Part shown: positions 26,198 through 35,661 of the stretch, piece by piece | Position numbering within the stretch: position 1 is the stretch's first letter | Layout: every line of letters starts with the position of its first letter | Source of the DNA: Eubacteriales bacterium | GTDB taxonomy: Bacteria > Bacillota > Clostridia > Oscillospirales > CAG-272 | Direction: 5' to 3' | Assembly (NCBI GenBank): GCA_045657105.1 | Contig: JAZOSN010000042.1 | Span: 1 to 61,861, forward strand | DNA length: 61,861 bases | The notes under the pieces: generated by a model | Seen by the model: only the letters and a program-made list of their open reading frames with translations | The model's database searches: none | Told to the model about the DNA's origin: nothing | Translations under genes and position numbers: made by a program

Positions 26198-27481
26198 TTA
26201 TACTATATAAGAGCCGCCCTTTACGACTGATTCTCCGTTTTCGTCGTAGACCTTATACAGGCTCTCTATGTCTTTTATGATCTGATCGAACTCGGTCCAG
26301 CTTTTCGCCTTTATCCAGACCGAAATCAGAACCTGTGCCGTCGTTCCGTCCTTACCGACAGTCTGCCCGGGGCGAAGCTTTTCGGCAACCTCGATAACTC
26401 CGGGCATTTTGCGAACCTCGTCGAGTCCTTCGGTTTTTGCGATCGTCTTTTCGGGAATTCCGCCTATATGTACCATTCCGCAGCAGTCCTTAAAATGCGG
26501 ATCCTCCTTTTCGGGATCGTAGCTCTTCGTTTCTCCGGTAACGGCGTATTCGATAAGAAGCTCAAGTCCGTTTATACCCGACTGATCGTCAATAAGAGTA
26601 TAATGATGTCCGCCGCTCGGACGGTAGGTCATTTCGCACCAATAAAATCCGTCGTCGTCAACGTAGCCCATAACTCCGACCATGCCATCTCTGAACCCGT
26701 TCTCCTTGAACAGACGCTTCATATTCGCATCCTCTTCGGCGATAAATCTGTCAAGATATGGAGAAGGATATTTGGAAGCGGCAGTGCGCGCGGCACCGTT
26801 TTCCTCGCATTTATATACAAAGCGGTCACAGAACGCCGAAAGATACGCGTTTTCTCCCTCGAACTGATATGAGCAAACTACCGAATCGCAGGTCATAAAT
26901 TTCTCAACTATGACGTTCTTCGACCTTGAAAACGAAAGCGCGTATTCGTAGCACTTTTCAAGCTCGTCCGGCCCCTCGCATTTGATAACGCCTCTCGATC
27001 CGCTATTGTCCGTCGGCTTTATCATAAGAGGATAGCCGTTTTGGTTTGCAAAAGCAAGAACTCCTTCAAAATCATAAGCGTTCGTTCCGGGGATATATCC
27101 AACGCCGCTTTTTATGCAGGCATTTTTAAAGAGCATTTTATCGGTTGCTACTCCGAACGCTTCGTCCGAGCCGTAATAAGGCAGTCCTGCGCTCTCGCAG
27201 ACGGTTTTGTACTGAGCGAGATAGGAATCGGTATATCCGGCAAGAACTCCGTCGATCTTGTTTGCTTTTATATAGTCCACTACCGTTTCGGTATCGAATA
27301 TGCTGATGTCGGAATACGCGTCCGCGATAAGCTTCGCGGGTGAGCGGAGAGTATCGTAGTAATCAAGCACGTGCACCCGGCAACCGAGCTTTTGTGCCGT
27401 TTTCGTGACGTTCACCATCTGAGCTCCGCCGCCAAGCAGAAGGAGCTTCTTTCCGTCAAGATACCGTTCGGTGTTTTTCAT
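26198..27481 (-). CDS. ATP-grasp family ligase
   Basis: LLLGGG, TDKMLFK, GYPLMIKPTDNSGSRGV, IVEKFM, EMTYRPSG. Confidence 0.88.
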   Translation of the reverse strand: MKNTERYLDGKKLLLLGGGAQMVNVTKTAQKLGCRVHVLDYYDTLRSPAKLIADAYSDISIFDTETVVDYIKANKIDGVLAGYTDSYLAQYKTVCESAGLPYYGSDEAFGVATDKMLFKNACIKSGVGYIPGTNAYDFEGVLAFANQNGYPLMIKPTDNSGSRGVIKCEGPDELEKCYEYALSFSRSKNVIVEKFMTCDSVVCSYQFEGENAYLSAFCDRFVYKCEENGAARTAASKYPSPYLDRFIAEEDANMKRLFKENGFRDGMVGVMGYVDDDGFYWCEMTYRPSGGHHYTLIDDQSGINGLELLIEYAVTGETKSYDPEKEDPHFKDCCGMVHIGGIPEKTIAKTEGLDEVRKMPGVIEVAEKLRPGQTVGKDGTTAQVLISVWIKAKSWTEFDQIIKDIESLYKVYDENGESVVKGGSYIV

Positions 27482-27596
27482 TTTATTTCTCCTTTTAAAC
27501 AAGTATAAAGGTGTGTCACGGTAACACAGTAGTATTATATCTTAATCATACCACTTTGTCAAGCCTAAATCAGTTTGACCGTACAAGCACGTATAG

Positions 27597-27627
27597 CAAA
27601 AACCCCGACGGAAACCGTCGGGGTTTT
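27597..27627 (-). terminator. Terminator of sulP
   Basis: AAAACCCCGACGG-AAA-CCGTCGGGGTTTT. Confidence 0.8.
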
Positions 27628-27630
27628 AAT

Positions 27631-28905
27631 TTACTCATTCACTTTTTCGCGTTTACTTTTTATCCTATTAATAATACGCCTTGCCGTAACGATCACCATT
27701 CCGACTGCGATAGCGACCACAAGGTCAAAAACGATGGTCAAAATAAATGTCAGAACGAGCACGATTATATCAAGCGCAGAGGAGGTCTTGCAGATATGCA
27801 CGAACTCTCTCCACTCGCACATATTATATGCAACGATAAAGAGAATAGCGGCGATTATCGGCATCGGTATCCAAGCCGCGAGCGGCATAAGGACGACGAG
27901 TATGAGAAGCAAAACCATCGCGTGCACGATTCCTGCGATTGGAGAGCGTCCGCCGTTTTTGACGTTCGCCGCCGTTCTTGCTATCGCACCCGTTGCAGGA
28001 ATTCCGCCGAAAAGTCCCGAGCAGATATTTCCCACGCCCTGCGCGATAAGCTCGGTGTTCGAGTTATGCTTATCATCAATCATAGAGTCGGAAACGACAC
28101 AGGAGAGCAGTGACTCTATGCCCGCAAGAATTGCTATCGTAAAGGCGTTCGGCAGGAGAGTTATTATCATCTCGCCGTTTATCGACGGGAAAGAAAATTT
28201 CGGAAGCGCACCGTTTATCTCATAAAGATCGCCTATCGTATTTACCGGAATACTGAGAAGCTTTACCGCTAAAACTCCGACGAGCACGGCAATAAGCGAG
28301 CCGGGGATCTTTTTGGAAATATAAGGCCACGCGATAAGAACTGCAAGTCCGATAGCACCGACAAGGAGCGCCCAAGGATTTAGTGTGGTTATCGACTCTG
28401 CGACCGCCTTTATCTTCTCGGTCGTTTCGACTGCATGAGTACCCTCGGCAAAGGTGAGCCCAAGGAAATCCTTTATCTGACCGACGACGATAGTGACCGC
28501 GATACCCGAGGTAAATCCGACAGTTATGGTTTCGGGGATATATTTTATGAGTGCGCCTACGCGGAGAAGCCCCATAATTATCAGTATAATACCTGCCATA
28601 AGGGTTGCGACGACGAGTCCGTCAATTCCGTGCTGATAGACGATGCCTGCGACGATCGTTGCAAAAGCGGCGGTCGGTCCCGAAATGTTTACGCGGCTTC
28701 CGCCGAGAAGCGAGATCACAAAGCCTGCGACGATTGCGGTATATATACCCTTTTCGGGCGAAACTCCCGATGCGATTGCAAGAGCTATCGAAAGCGGAAG
28801 CGCGATTATCGCTACGATGAGTCCGGCAACGACGTCAGATACTAGCTGCTTTACAGTATATCCCTTCATAGCGTCAATGATCTTCGGTCTGAAAATCTTA
28901 TTCAT
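27631..28905 (-). CDS. SulP family anion transporter lacking a STAS domain
   Basis: DVVAGLIVAIIALPLSIALA, ISGPT, IESLL, ELIAQG, ATGAIART; ends just after the last TM. Confidence 0.88.
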   Translation of the reverse strand: MNKIFRPKIIDAMKGYTVKQLVSDVVAGLIVAIIALPLSIALAIASGVSPEKGIYTAIVAGFVISLLGGSRVNISGPTAAFATIVAGIVYQHGIDGLVVATLMAGIILIIMGLLRVGALIKYIPETITVGFTSGIAVTIVVGQIKDFLGLTFAEGTHAVETTEKIKAVAESITTLNPWALLVGAIGLAVLIAWPYISKKIPGSLIAVLVGVLAVKLLSIPVNTIGDLYEINGALPKFSFPSINGEMIITLLPNAFTIAILAGIESLLSCVVSDSMIDDKHNSNTELIAQGVGNICSGLFGGIPATGAIARTAANVKNGGRSPIAGIVHAMVLLLILVVLMPLAAWIPMPIIAAILFIVAYNMCEWREFVHICKTSSALDIIVLVLTFILTIVFDLVVAIAVGMVIVTARRIINRIKSKREKVNE

Positions 28906-29142
28906 TAAAACATCTCTTTTCTTGAAAGTCATTTGAAAACGTTATGATTATACACCATTACCGAGCAAGTTTCAAGTGCTTTTGGCGATTTATTTGATAA
29001 ACAAAATAAGCACCCGAGCGTTTTTCGCATTTCGGGTGCTTATTCTTTTCGGATTTTACAGTATCGCGCCCAATCTCGCTTGACATCTCGCGCAAGTAGT
29101 TGTATAATAAAGGAAAAGTTTTCCCGAAAGGACTTATACATT

Positions 29143-29787
29143 ATGAAAAAAGTAATTCTCATTGGCGACTCGATCCGTCAGGGCTATGACAAATTCGTAA
29201 AAATGGCGCTCGAAGGCTCGGCGGAGGTCTACTTCCCGCAGGAAAACTGCCGTTTTGCTCAGTACGTTCTGCGCAACTTCAACGAATGGGTAGGACAGAG
29301 TAAATTCGGCGGCGCAAACGTTGACTGCGTACACTGGAACGCGGGACTGTGGGACTGCCTTACGATGTTTGAGGACGGTTGTCTGACTCCTATCGAGGTA
29401 TATGAGCAGTTTATGGAGCGCGTTTGCAAGAGAATAAAGCTTATCTGCCCGAACGCCAAGGTCATCTTCGCAACGTCAACACCGGTAAACGAAGCGGGCT
29501 ACAACCCCAAGACCTTTATGCGCTACAACTCCGACATTGAAAAGTACAACGCGGTAGCTGTCGAGGTGGTGAAAAAATACGGCTTTGAGATAAACGATCT
29601 CTACGCTCTTCTTGCGGACAAGCCCCTTAGCTATCACTCTGATATGACTCATTTCTACACCCGTGAGGCGGCAGAGCTTATCACAAATGCGGTCGTAGAA
29701 AAAATAAACGGGGCGATCGGAACCGAGTCAAATACCGTTGATTTCGACGCTCATTTCGTCAAAAAAGAGGACGCAATTGGAATTTGA
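29143..29787 (+). CDS. SGNH/GDSL hydrolase
   Basis: LIGDSIR block I, NAGLWD block III, DMTHF block V. Confidence 0.88.
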   Translation: MKKVILIGDSIRQGYDKFVKMALEGSAEVYFPQENCRFAQYVLRNFNEWVGQSKFGGANVDCVHWNAGLWDCLTMFEDGCLTPIEVYEQFMERVCKRIKLICPNAKVIFATSTPVNEAGYNPKTFMRYNSDIEKYNAVAVEVVKKYGFEINDLYALLADKPLSYHSDMTHFYTREAAELITNAVVEKINGAIGTESNTVDFDAHFVKKEDAIGI

Positions 29788-30030
29788 ATGAATAAATCCT
29801 GTATATTCACGCTGAATATACAGGATTTTATACATTTTATTCGTTTTAAAAATTATCTATCGGGCGCGCTCGCAGGTCGGGCGTGCTCGGTTTTTTATTT
29901 AAAATTGCGAACTTTCGGCTCTCAAAGTTCCGAAAAGGTCAGGTTTATTGTGCAGATTGGACAAAAGGCGCGCCCACAATATCACACATATTACAAAAAT
30001 CAACAAAGTTGAAAAAAATTCAAAAAACCT

Positions 30031-30079
30031 CTTGCATATTTATACATTTTGGTTTATAATCATAGCATAAACATTCACC
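30031..30079 (+). promoter_or_regulatory. argG promoter with two ArgR/AhrC boxes
   Basis: TTGCAT(30032)-17bp-TATAAT(30055); TGCATATTTATACA and AGCATAAACATTCA resemble ARG boxes. Confidence 0.7.
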
Positions 30080-30104
30080 GATATACAACGGAGGACATAC
30101 GAAA

Positions 30105-31337
30105 GTGGATAAGAAAAACATCAAGAAGGTCGTTCTTGCTTACTCGGGTGGACTTGACACCTCGATAATAATTCCCTGGCTCAAAGAGAATTACAACAAC
30201 TGTGAGGTAATCGCAGTTTCGGGAAACGTAGGTCAGGCAGATGAGCTTGAAGGACTCGAAGAGAAGGCTCTCAAAACCGGCGCTTCCAAGCTCTACGTTG
30301 AGGATCTCACCGAAGAGTTTGTAAACGACTACATAATCCCGACAGTCAAGGCAGGCGCACTTTACGAGGACTATATGCTCGGCACCTCGTTCGCAAGACC
30401 TGTAATCGCAAAGAGAATTGCAGAGATCGCTATCGCAGAGGGCGCGGACGCTATCTGCCACGGTTGTACCGGAAAGGGTAACGACCAGGTAAGATTCGAA
30501 CTTACCATCAAGGCTTTCGCTCCCGATATGCCGATCATCGCTCCTTGGAGAGAATGGGACATCAAATCGAGAGATGAAGAGATCGACTATGCAGAGGCGC
30601 ACAACATTCCTCTTAAAATAACGAGAGAAACCAGCTACTCCAAAGACAAAAACCTCTGGCACCTCTCTCACGAAGGTCTTGACCTCGAAGATGCGGGCAA
30701 CGAGCCTCTTTACGACAAGGACGGATTCCTTGAAATGGGCGTTTCGCCTATCAAGGCTCCCGACAAGCCGACCTACATCGAGCTCGACTTTGTAAAGGGT
30801 ATCCCTACCGCGCTTAACGGTAAGGAAATGAGTGCTAAGGAGATAATCCTCGAACTCAACAAGCTCGGCGGAGAAAACGGCATCGGACTTCTCGATATCA
30901 TCGAGAACAGACTTGTAGGTATGAAGTGCAGAGGCGTTTACGAAACTCCCGGCGGAGCGATCCTCTACGAAGCACACAAGTATCTTGAAACGATGACTCT
31001 CGACAAGATGACCGCTCACAAGAAGCAGGAGCTTGCAGTAACGTTCGCCGACCTCGTTTACAACGGTCAGTGGTTCACACCTCTCAGAGAAGCTCTCTCG
31101 GCATTCGTTGACAAGACTCAGGAGAACGTTACCGGTAAGGTTCGTCTCAAGCTCTACAAGGGCAACATCATAAAGGCGGGCGTTTGGAGCGACTGGTCGC
31201 TCTACTCCGAGGAGATCGCAACCTTCGGCGAGGATAACGTCTATAATCAGGCTGACAGTGCAGGATTTATCAACCTCTTCGGACTTCCGATCAAGGTTCA
31301 GGCACAGGTCAACGCAAAGAATAACAAGAAAAACTAA
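30105..31337 (+). CDS. argG: Argininosuccinate synthase
   Basis: [35 protein letters not shown]; GTG start after GGAGG. Confidence 0.97.
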   Translation: MDKKNIKKVVLAYSGGLDTSIIIPWLKENYNNCEVIAVSGNVGQADELEGLEEKALKTGASKLYVEDLTEEFVNDYIIPTVKAGALYEDYMLGTSFARPVIAKRIAEIAIAEGADAICHGCTGKGNDQVRFELTIKAFAPDMPIIAPWREWDIKSRDEEIDYAEAHNIPLKITRETSYSKDKNLWHLSHEGLDLEDAGNEPLYDKDGFLEMGVSPIKAPDKPTYIELDFVKGIPTALNGKEMSAKEIILELNKLGGENGIGLLDIIENRLVGMKCRGVYETPGGAILYEAHKYLETMTLDKMTAHKKQELAVTFADLVYNGQWFTPLREALSAFVDKTQENVTGKVRLKLYKGNIIKAGVWSDWSLYSEEIATFGEDNVYNQADSAGFINLFGLPIKVQAQVNAKNNKKN

Positions 31338-31376
31338 AAACAAATTATAAATTCAGATTTGAAAGGAATTAAAACA

Positions 31377-32141
31377 ATGAAAAAGATTATTGCACTCATT
31401 CTCGTAGCAGTTATGCTTACACTCACATTCACCGCCTGCGGCGCAAAGGGCAAGACTCTTGCAGAAGTTAAAGAAGCAGGCAAGCTCACTGTTGCAACCT
31501 CTCCCGACTTCCCTCCCTTCGAAAGCCTTGAAGGCAACGAAGTAGTCGGTATCGAGGTTGACATTATGGAACTCATCTGTGCAGAGCTCGGCGTTGAGCT
31601 TGAAATCGTTCAGATGGACTTCGACTCGGTTCTTATCGGTATCCAGTCTGCTAAGTACGACTGCGGTATGTCGGGTATCACGGCAACCGACGAGCGTAAA
31701 GAAAACATGCTCTTCACCGTTCCCTACTACAATGCCGCTCAGGTTATCGTAGTTAAGGAAGGCAGCTCGATCGCTACCAAGGCAGACCTCGAAGGCAAGA
31801 AGGTTTCGGTTCAGACCGGTACCACCGCTGACGAAGGCTGCACCGAGGCAGGATACGACGTTAAGGCGTTCAATGCAAATGCAGACGCTAAGGCAGCTCT
31901 TACCACCGGAAGCGTTGACGCTTGGGTAGTTGACAATCTCACCGCTATTCAGATGGTTGAGGAAGGCGACGGACTCAAAATTCTCGACGAGAACATGACC
32001 GACGAGCCCTACGCATTCTCCTTCGCATTCGGTTCCGAGGACCTCGTTGCAGAGATCAACTCGATCCTTGAAGGTCTTATCGAGGACGGCACCATTCAGG
32101 CTATCTTCGAGGCACACGGCGAATCCTACGTTAAGCCCTAA
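31377..32141 (+). CDS. Polar amino acid ABC transporter substrate-binding lipoprotein, probably arginine
   Basis: Lipobox FTAC; SPDFPPFE, TDERK, VQTGTT; located in the arg operon. Confidence 0.9.
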   Translation: MKKIIALILVAVMLTLTFTACGAKGKTLAEVKEAGKLTVATSPDFPPFESLEGNEVVGIEVDIMELICAELGVELEIVQMDFDSVLIGIQSAKYDCGMSGITATDERKENMLFTVPYYNAAQVIVVKEGSSIATKADLEGKKVSVQTGTTADEGCTEAGYDVKAFNANADAKAALTTGSVDAWVVDNLTAIQMVEEGDGLKILDENMTDEPYAFSFAFGSEDLVAEINSILEGLIEDGTIQAIFEAHGESYVKP

Positions 32142-32234
32142 GCTTAATAACAATTAAAAAAGCAGCGGCTCCGCAAAACCTGCGGAGCTGCTATCTGCTT
32201 AAAAGAATAACTTTTTAAAGGAATTTTAAACTAA

Positions 32235-32918
32235 ATGAACTGGTTTGACAAGCTTCACCAGACCTTTATAGAGGGTAATCGCTACGAGTGGCTCTTCGAA
32301 GGTCTGTTAAACACACTTATAATAACGCTCGGCGCGCTTGTGATCGGTGTCGTCATCGGTACCGTGATCGCCGTTGCAAAATATTTCTGCGAAGGAAACA
32401 AAAAGCTTCGTTTCGTGACCTGGATCTGCGATCTCTACACGACCGTTATCCGCGGAATACCGATGACCGTTCTTCTGCTCGTTTTCTTCTACATAATCCT
32501 CGTTTCGACCGACGGCGTTATCGTCGCAGTTATCGCGTTCGGTATCAACTCGGGCGCTTATATGGCAGAGCTTATCAGAAGCGGTATCAACGCGGTTGAC
32601 AAGGGTCAGATGGAGGCGGCTCGCTCGCTCGGACTTTCCAAAGGTCAGGCGATGGCGAAGATCATCTTCCCGCAGGCTATAAAGAACATTCTCCCTGCAA
32701 TCGGAAACGAGTGCATCGCGCTTCTCAAAGAAACGTCGGTCGCAGGATACGTTGCGGTCGTTGACCTCACCCGCGCGGCAACCAACATTCGAAACAAGAC
32801 CTTTGACGCGGTAAATCCGATCATTCTTCTTGCTCTTATGTATCTCATTATGGTCGTATTTATGACCAAACTTCTCTCCGCACTTGAAAGGAGGCTGCGT
32901 CGAAGCGATGGAAAATAA
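32235..32918 (+). CDS. Polar amino acid ABC transporter permease
   Basis: [31 protein letters not shown] motif, LLKETS. Confidence 0.93.
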   Translation: MNWFDKLHQTFIEGNRYEWLFEGLLNTLIITLGALVIGVVIGTVIAVAKYFCEGNKKLRFVTWICDLYTTVIRGIPMTVLLLVFFYIILVSTDGVIVAVIAFGINSGAYMAELIRSGINAVDKGQMEAARSLGLSKGQAMAKIIFPQAIKNILPAIGNECIALLKETSVAGYVAVVDLTRAATNIRNKTFDAVNPIILLALMYLIMVVFMTKLLSALERRLRRSDGK

Positions 32919-33657
32919 TATTTCTCAAAGCACGATAATAAGCGTCAAGGATCTGAAAAAGAGCTTTGACAGCAACGAGGTCCTGAAAGGGATAGACATT
33001 GATATAAACAAGGGCGACGTCGTCTGTGTTATCGGCGCGTCCGGATCGGGAAAATCAACCTTCCTGCGCTGCCTCAATCTTCTCGAAGAGCCGAGCGGCG
33101 GAAGCATTTTCTTCGAGGGCGAGGATCTGACAAATTCCAAGGTCGATCTCAATGCCCACCGTCAGAAAATGGGAATGGTTTTCCAGCAGTTTAACCTCTT
33201 CCCTCACCTGACTGTAATGAAAAACCTCACGCTTGCTCCTATGATGCTCAAAAAGCTCCCCAAGGAGGAAGCAGAGGCAAAGGCTCTCGCGCTTCTTGCA
33301 AGAGTAGGTCTTGCGGACAGAGCGGATTCTTATCCAAATCAGCTCTCGGGCGGTCAGAAGCAGAGAGTTGCTATCGTCCGTGCGCTTTGCATGGAGCCTG
33401 AGCTCATGCTCTTCGACGAGCCGACCTCGGCACTCGACCCCGAAATGGTCGGCGAGGTTCTCGACGTTATGAAGGAGCTTGCCCATGAGGGAATGACCAT
33501 GGTAGTTGTAACTCACGAAATGGGATTTGCGCGCGAGGTATCAAACCGCGTTATCTTCCTTGACGAGGGCGTTATCGCAGAAGAGGGCGCTCCCGCCGAC
33601 GTTTTCGGCAACCCTCAGTGCGACCGACTCCGCTCGTTCCTCGCAAAGGTTTTATGA
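32908..33657 (+). CDS. Polar amino acid ABC transporter ATPase (GlnQ-like)
   Basis: [33 protein letters not shown]. Confidence 0.95.
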   Translation: MENNISQSTIISVKDLKKSFDSNEVLKGIDIDINKGDVVCVIGASGSGKSTFLRCLNLLEEPSGGSIFFEGEDLTNSKVDLNAHRQKMGMVFQQFNLFPHLTVMKNLTLAPMMLKKLPKEEAEAKALALLARVGLADRADSYPNQLSGGQKQRVAIVRALCMEPELMLFDEPTSALDPEMVGEVLDVMKELAHEGMTMVVVTHEMGFAREVSNRVIFLDEGVIAEEGAPADVFGNPQCDRLRSFLAKVL

Positions 33658-33660
33658 TTC

Positions 33661-33783
33661 CTGAAACCCTTTTTTGAAAAAAGGGTTTTCAGACTTTCCC
33701 AAAAACTCTACTTAAAATAGATTTTATTGTTTTATTTAAAGTTTTTGAAGGTTTTAGTGAGCTTTTTCAAAAAGTTCCCTAAG
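33661..33783. repeat. AAAGTTTTTG-headed palindromic repeat, inverted pair (33661-33709 minus, 33738-33783 plus)
   Basis: Same head plus TTTTT/AAAAA hairpin as the other loci; AT-rich spacer. Confidence 0.85.
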
Positions 33784-33796
33784 AAAGGATATTATT

Positions 33797-34780
33797 ATGA
33801 ACTTAAAAAACAGAGATTTTTTGAAGCTCCTTGATTTCACGAGCGAGGAGATCTCCTATCTTATAGACCTCGCCGCAGAGCTTAAAGCGAAGAAAAAGGC
33901 GGGAGTTCCGCATAAAATGTGCGAGGGTAAAAATATCGCGCTTATATTCGAAAAGACGAGCACTCGCACGAGATGCGCGTTTGAGGTCGCCGCGCACGAT
34001 CTCGGAATGGGAGTTACCTATCTCGATCCGAGCGGCTCGCAGATCGGCAAAAAAGAGAGCATCTCCGACACCGCGCGCGTTCTCTCGCGTATGTACGACG
34101 GTATCGAATACAGAGGCTTCGGACAGGAGATCGTTGAAGATCTCGCAAAATACTCGTCCTGCCCCGTTTGGAACGGACTCACAAACGAGTTTCACCCCAC
34201 CCAGATACTTGCAGATTTCCTCACCATAAAGGAACACTGCGGCGGACTTTCCGGTAAGAAGCTCGTTTATATGGGCGACGCGAGATACAATATGGGCAAC
34301 TCTCTTATGGTCGGTTGCGCGAAGATGGGTATGCATTTCGTTGCCTGCGCTCCAAAAAAATATTTCCCGAACGAAACGCTTGTAAGTGAGTGCAAGAAGA
34401 TTGCCGAAAAGACCGGAGCGATCCTTGAATTCATCGAGGATCCGATGATAGCGACAAAGGGCGCAGACGTTATCTACACCGACGTTTGGGTTTCGATGGG
34501 CGAAGCCGACAGCGTATGGCAGGAGCGAATCGACGATCTCACGCCTTACCGCGTAACGAAGGCTCTTATGGATAATGCGGGAGAAAAATGCCGCTTTATG
34601 CACTGTCTGCCCGCATTCCACGATCTCGGAACGGGAATCGGAAAGCAGATAAACGAAAAATTCGGGCTCGACTGCATGGAGGTTACCGACGAAGTGTTCG
34701 AGAGCGAGCAATCGATAGTATTTGACGAAGCCGAAAACCGTATGCACACGATCAAGGCGGTTATGGCGGCGACGCTTTAA
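33797..34780 (+). CDS. argF: Ornithine carbamoyltransferase
   Basis: [33 protein letters not shown]. Confidence 0.97.
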   Translation: MNLKNRDFLKLLDFTSEEISYLIDLAAELKAKKKAGVPHKMCEGKNIALIFEKTSTRTRCAFEVAAHDLGMGVTYLDPSGSQIGKKESISDTARVLSRMYDGIEYRGFGQEIVEDLAKYSSCPVWNGLTNEFHPTQILADFLTIKEHCGGLSGKKLVYMGDARYNMGNSLMVGCAKMGMHFVACAPKKYFPNETLVSECKKIAEKTGAILEFIEDPMIATKGADVIYTDVWVSMGEADSVWQERIDDLTPYRVTKALMDNAGEKCRFMHCLPAFHDLGTGIGKQINEKFGLDCMEVTDEVFESEQSIVFDEAENRMHTIKAVMAATL

Positions 34781-34784
34781 AATC

Positions 34785-34897
34785 GAGATAAATCCCCGAC
34801 GGGATTTATCTCATATCGAATTTTCGCGAAGCGAAAATATATCGACAAAAAAAGAGAGCAAGAACGGAAGGTTTTATCCTTCTATTCTTGCTCTCTC
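34785..34897. repeat. Hairpin cluster between convergent argF and XRE gene
   Basis: GAGATAAATCCC/GGGATTTATCTC; ATATCG-flanked ATTTTCGC-GAA-GCGAAAAT; GAGAGCAAGAA/TTCTTGCTCTC. Confidence 0.65.
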
Positions 34898-34925
34898 TGT
34901 TTTTATTTCCAAGGCGGCGCGACGG

Positions 34926-35120
34926 TTATTTCTCGTCGGTCAAACCCAAAATATAGTCGGTTGACGTATTATAAAACCTTGCCAAAGCAACGAGGCACTC
35001 TATCGGAATCTGCCTCTGTCCGTTTTCATATTGACAATATGTGTTTTGCTTTACATGTAAGTAGTCTGCTACTTCTTTCTGTGTCAAATCTTTATCTTCT
35101 CTCAAATCACGAAGCCTCAT
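34926..35120 (-). CDS. XRE/Cro-C1 family HTH regulator
   Basis: RLRDLREDKDLTQKEVA...YCQYENG...LARFYNTSTDYILG. Confidence 0.92.
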   Translation of the reverse strand: MRLRDLREDKDLTQKEVADYLHVKQNTYCQYENGQRQIPIECLVALARFYNTSTDYILGLTDEK

Positions 35121-35160
35121 AATATTCTCCCTGCTAAAATATATCTAAGTTATTTTAACA

Positions 35161-35206
35161 TATCTCGTTTTGAGATATTGACTTTTATCTCAAAATGTGA
35201 TATATT
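35161..35206 (+). promoter_or_regulatory. Twin 17-bp palindromic operators overlapping a sigma-A promoter
   Basis: TATCTC-N5-GAGATA (35161-35177) and TATCTC-N5-GTGATA (35186-35202); TTGACT(35178)-17bp-TATATT(35201). Confidence 0.78.
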
Positions 35207-35236
35207 TATATATCATCAACATATAGGAGATTAACT

Positions 35237-35512
35237 ATGAGAAAAATAATCGAAGAACTTTGGTACGGCAACATAGATCCGAGCGTAAAATGCCGTGAGC
35301 TAAGTAAAGAAACAAAGGAACTTATGGGATACGTTGCAAGACATCACGACGATCTGAATGCAAGTCTAACCGATGATCAAAAAGCCATCTTGGAAAAATT
35401 CGACGATTGCTACGCCGAGCTGACAAACATAAACGAGCAAAAGATTTTCGTGTACGCGTTTCGACTCGGTGCAAAGCTCGCCATAGAGGTTATGACAGAC
35501 AAGTTCGAGTAA
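35237..35512 (+). CDS. DUF6809-like small helical protein
   Basis: IIEELWYGNIDP ... FVYAFRLGAKL pattern; AGGAG RBS. Confidence 0.75.
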   Translation: MRKIIEELWYGNIDPSVKCRELSKETKELMGYVARHHDDLNASLTDDQKAILEKFDDCYAELTNINEQKIFVYAFRLGAKLAIEVMTDKFE

Positions 35513-35661
35513 TATAACGGGCACCTCCTCCAAAGTTCAAGATAATTTCTGCAATCGGTCATAATTTATGTATTGACAAATCTCTTGCTTGGAATTATAA
35601 TCAAGGTAGGAAATATTTTGAATTTTAAGTCTTTTCGGACTTTTACTATACGGAGGATAAA

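Noticed and set aside
29790-29830. Long palindrome after the SGNH gene as an operator
   Set aside because: Position just after the stop with a T-rich tail fits an ordinary terminator
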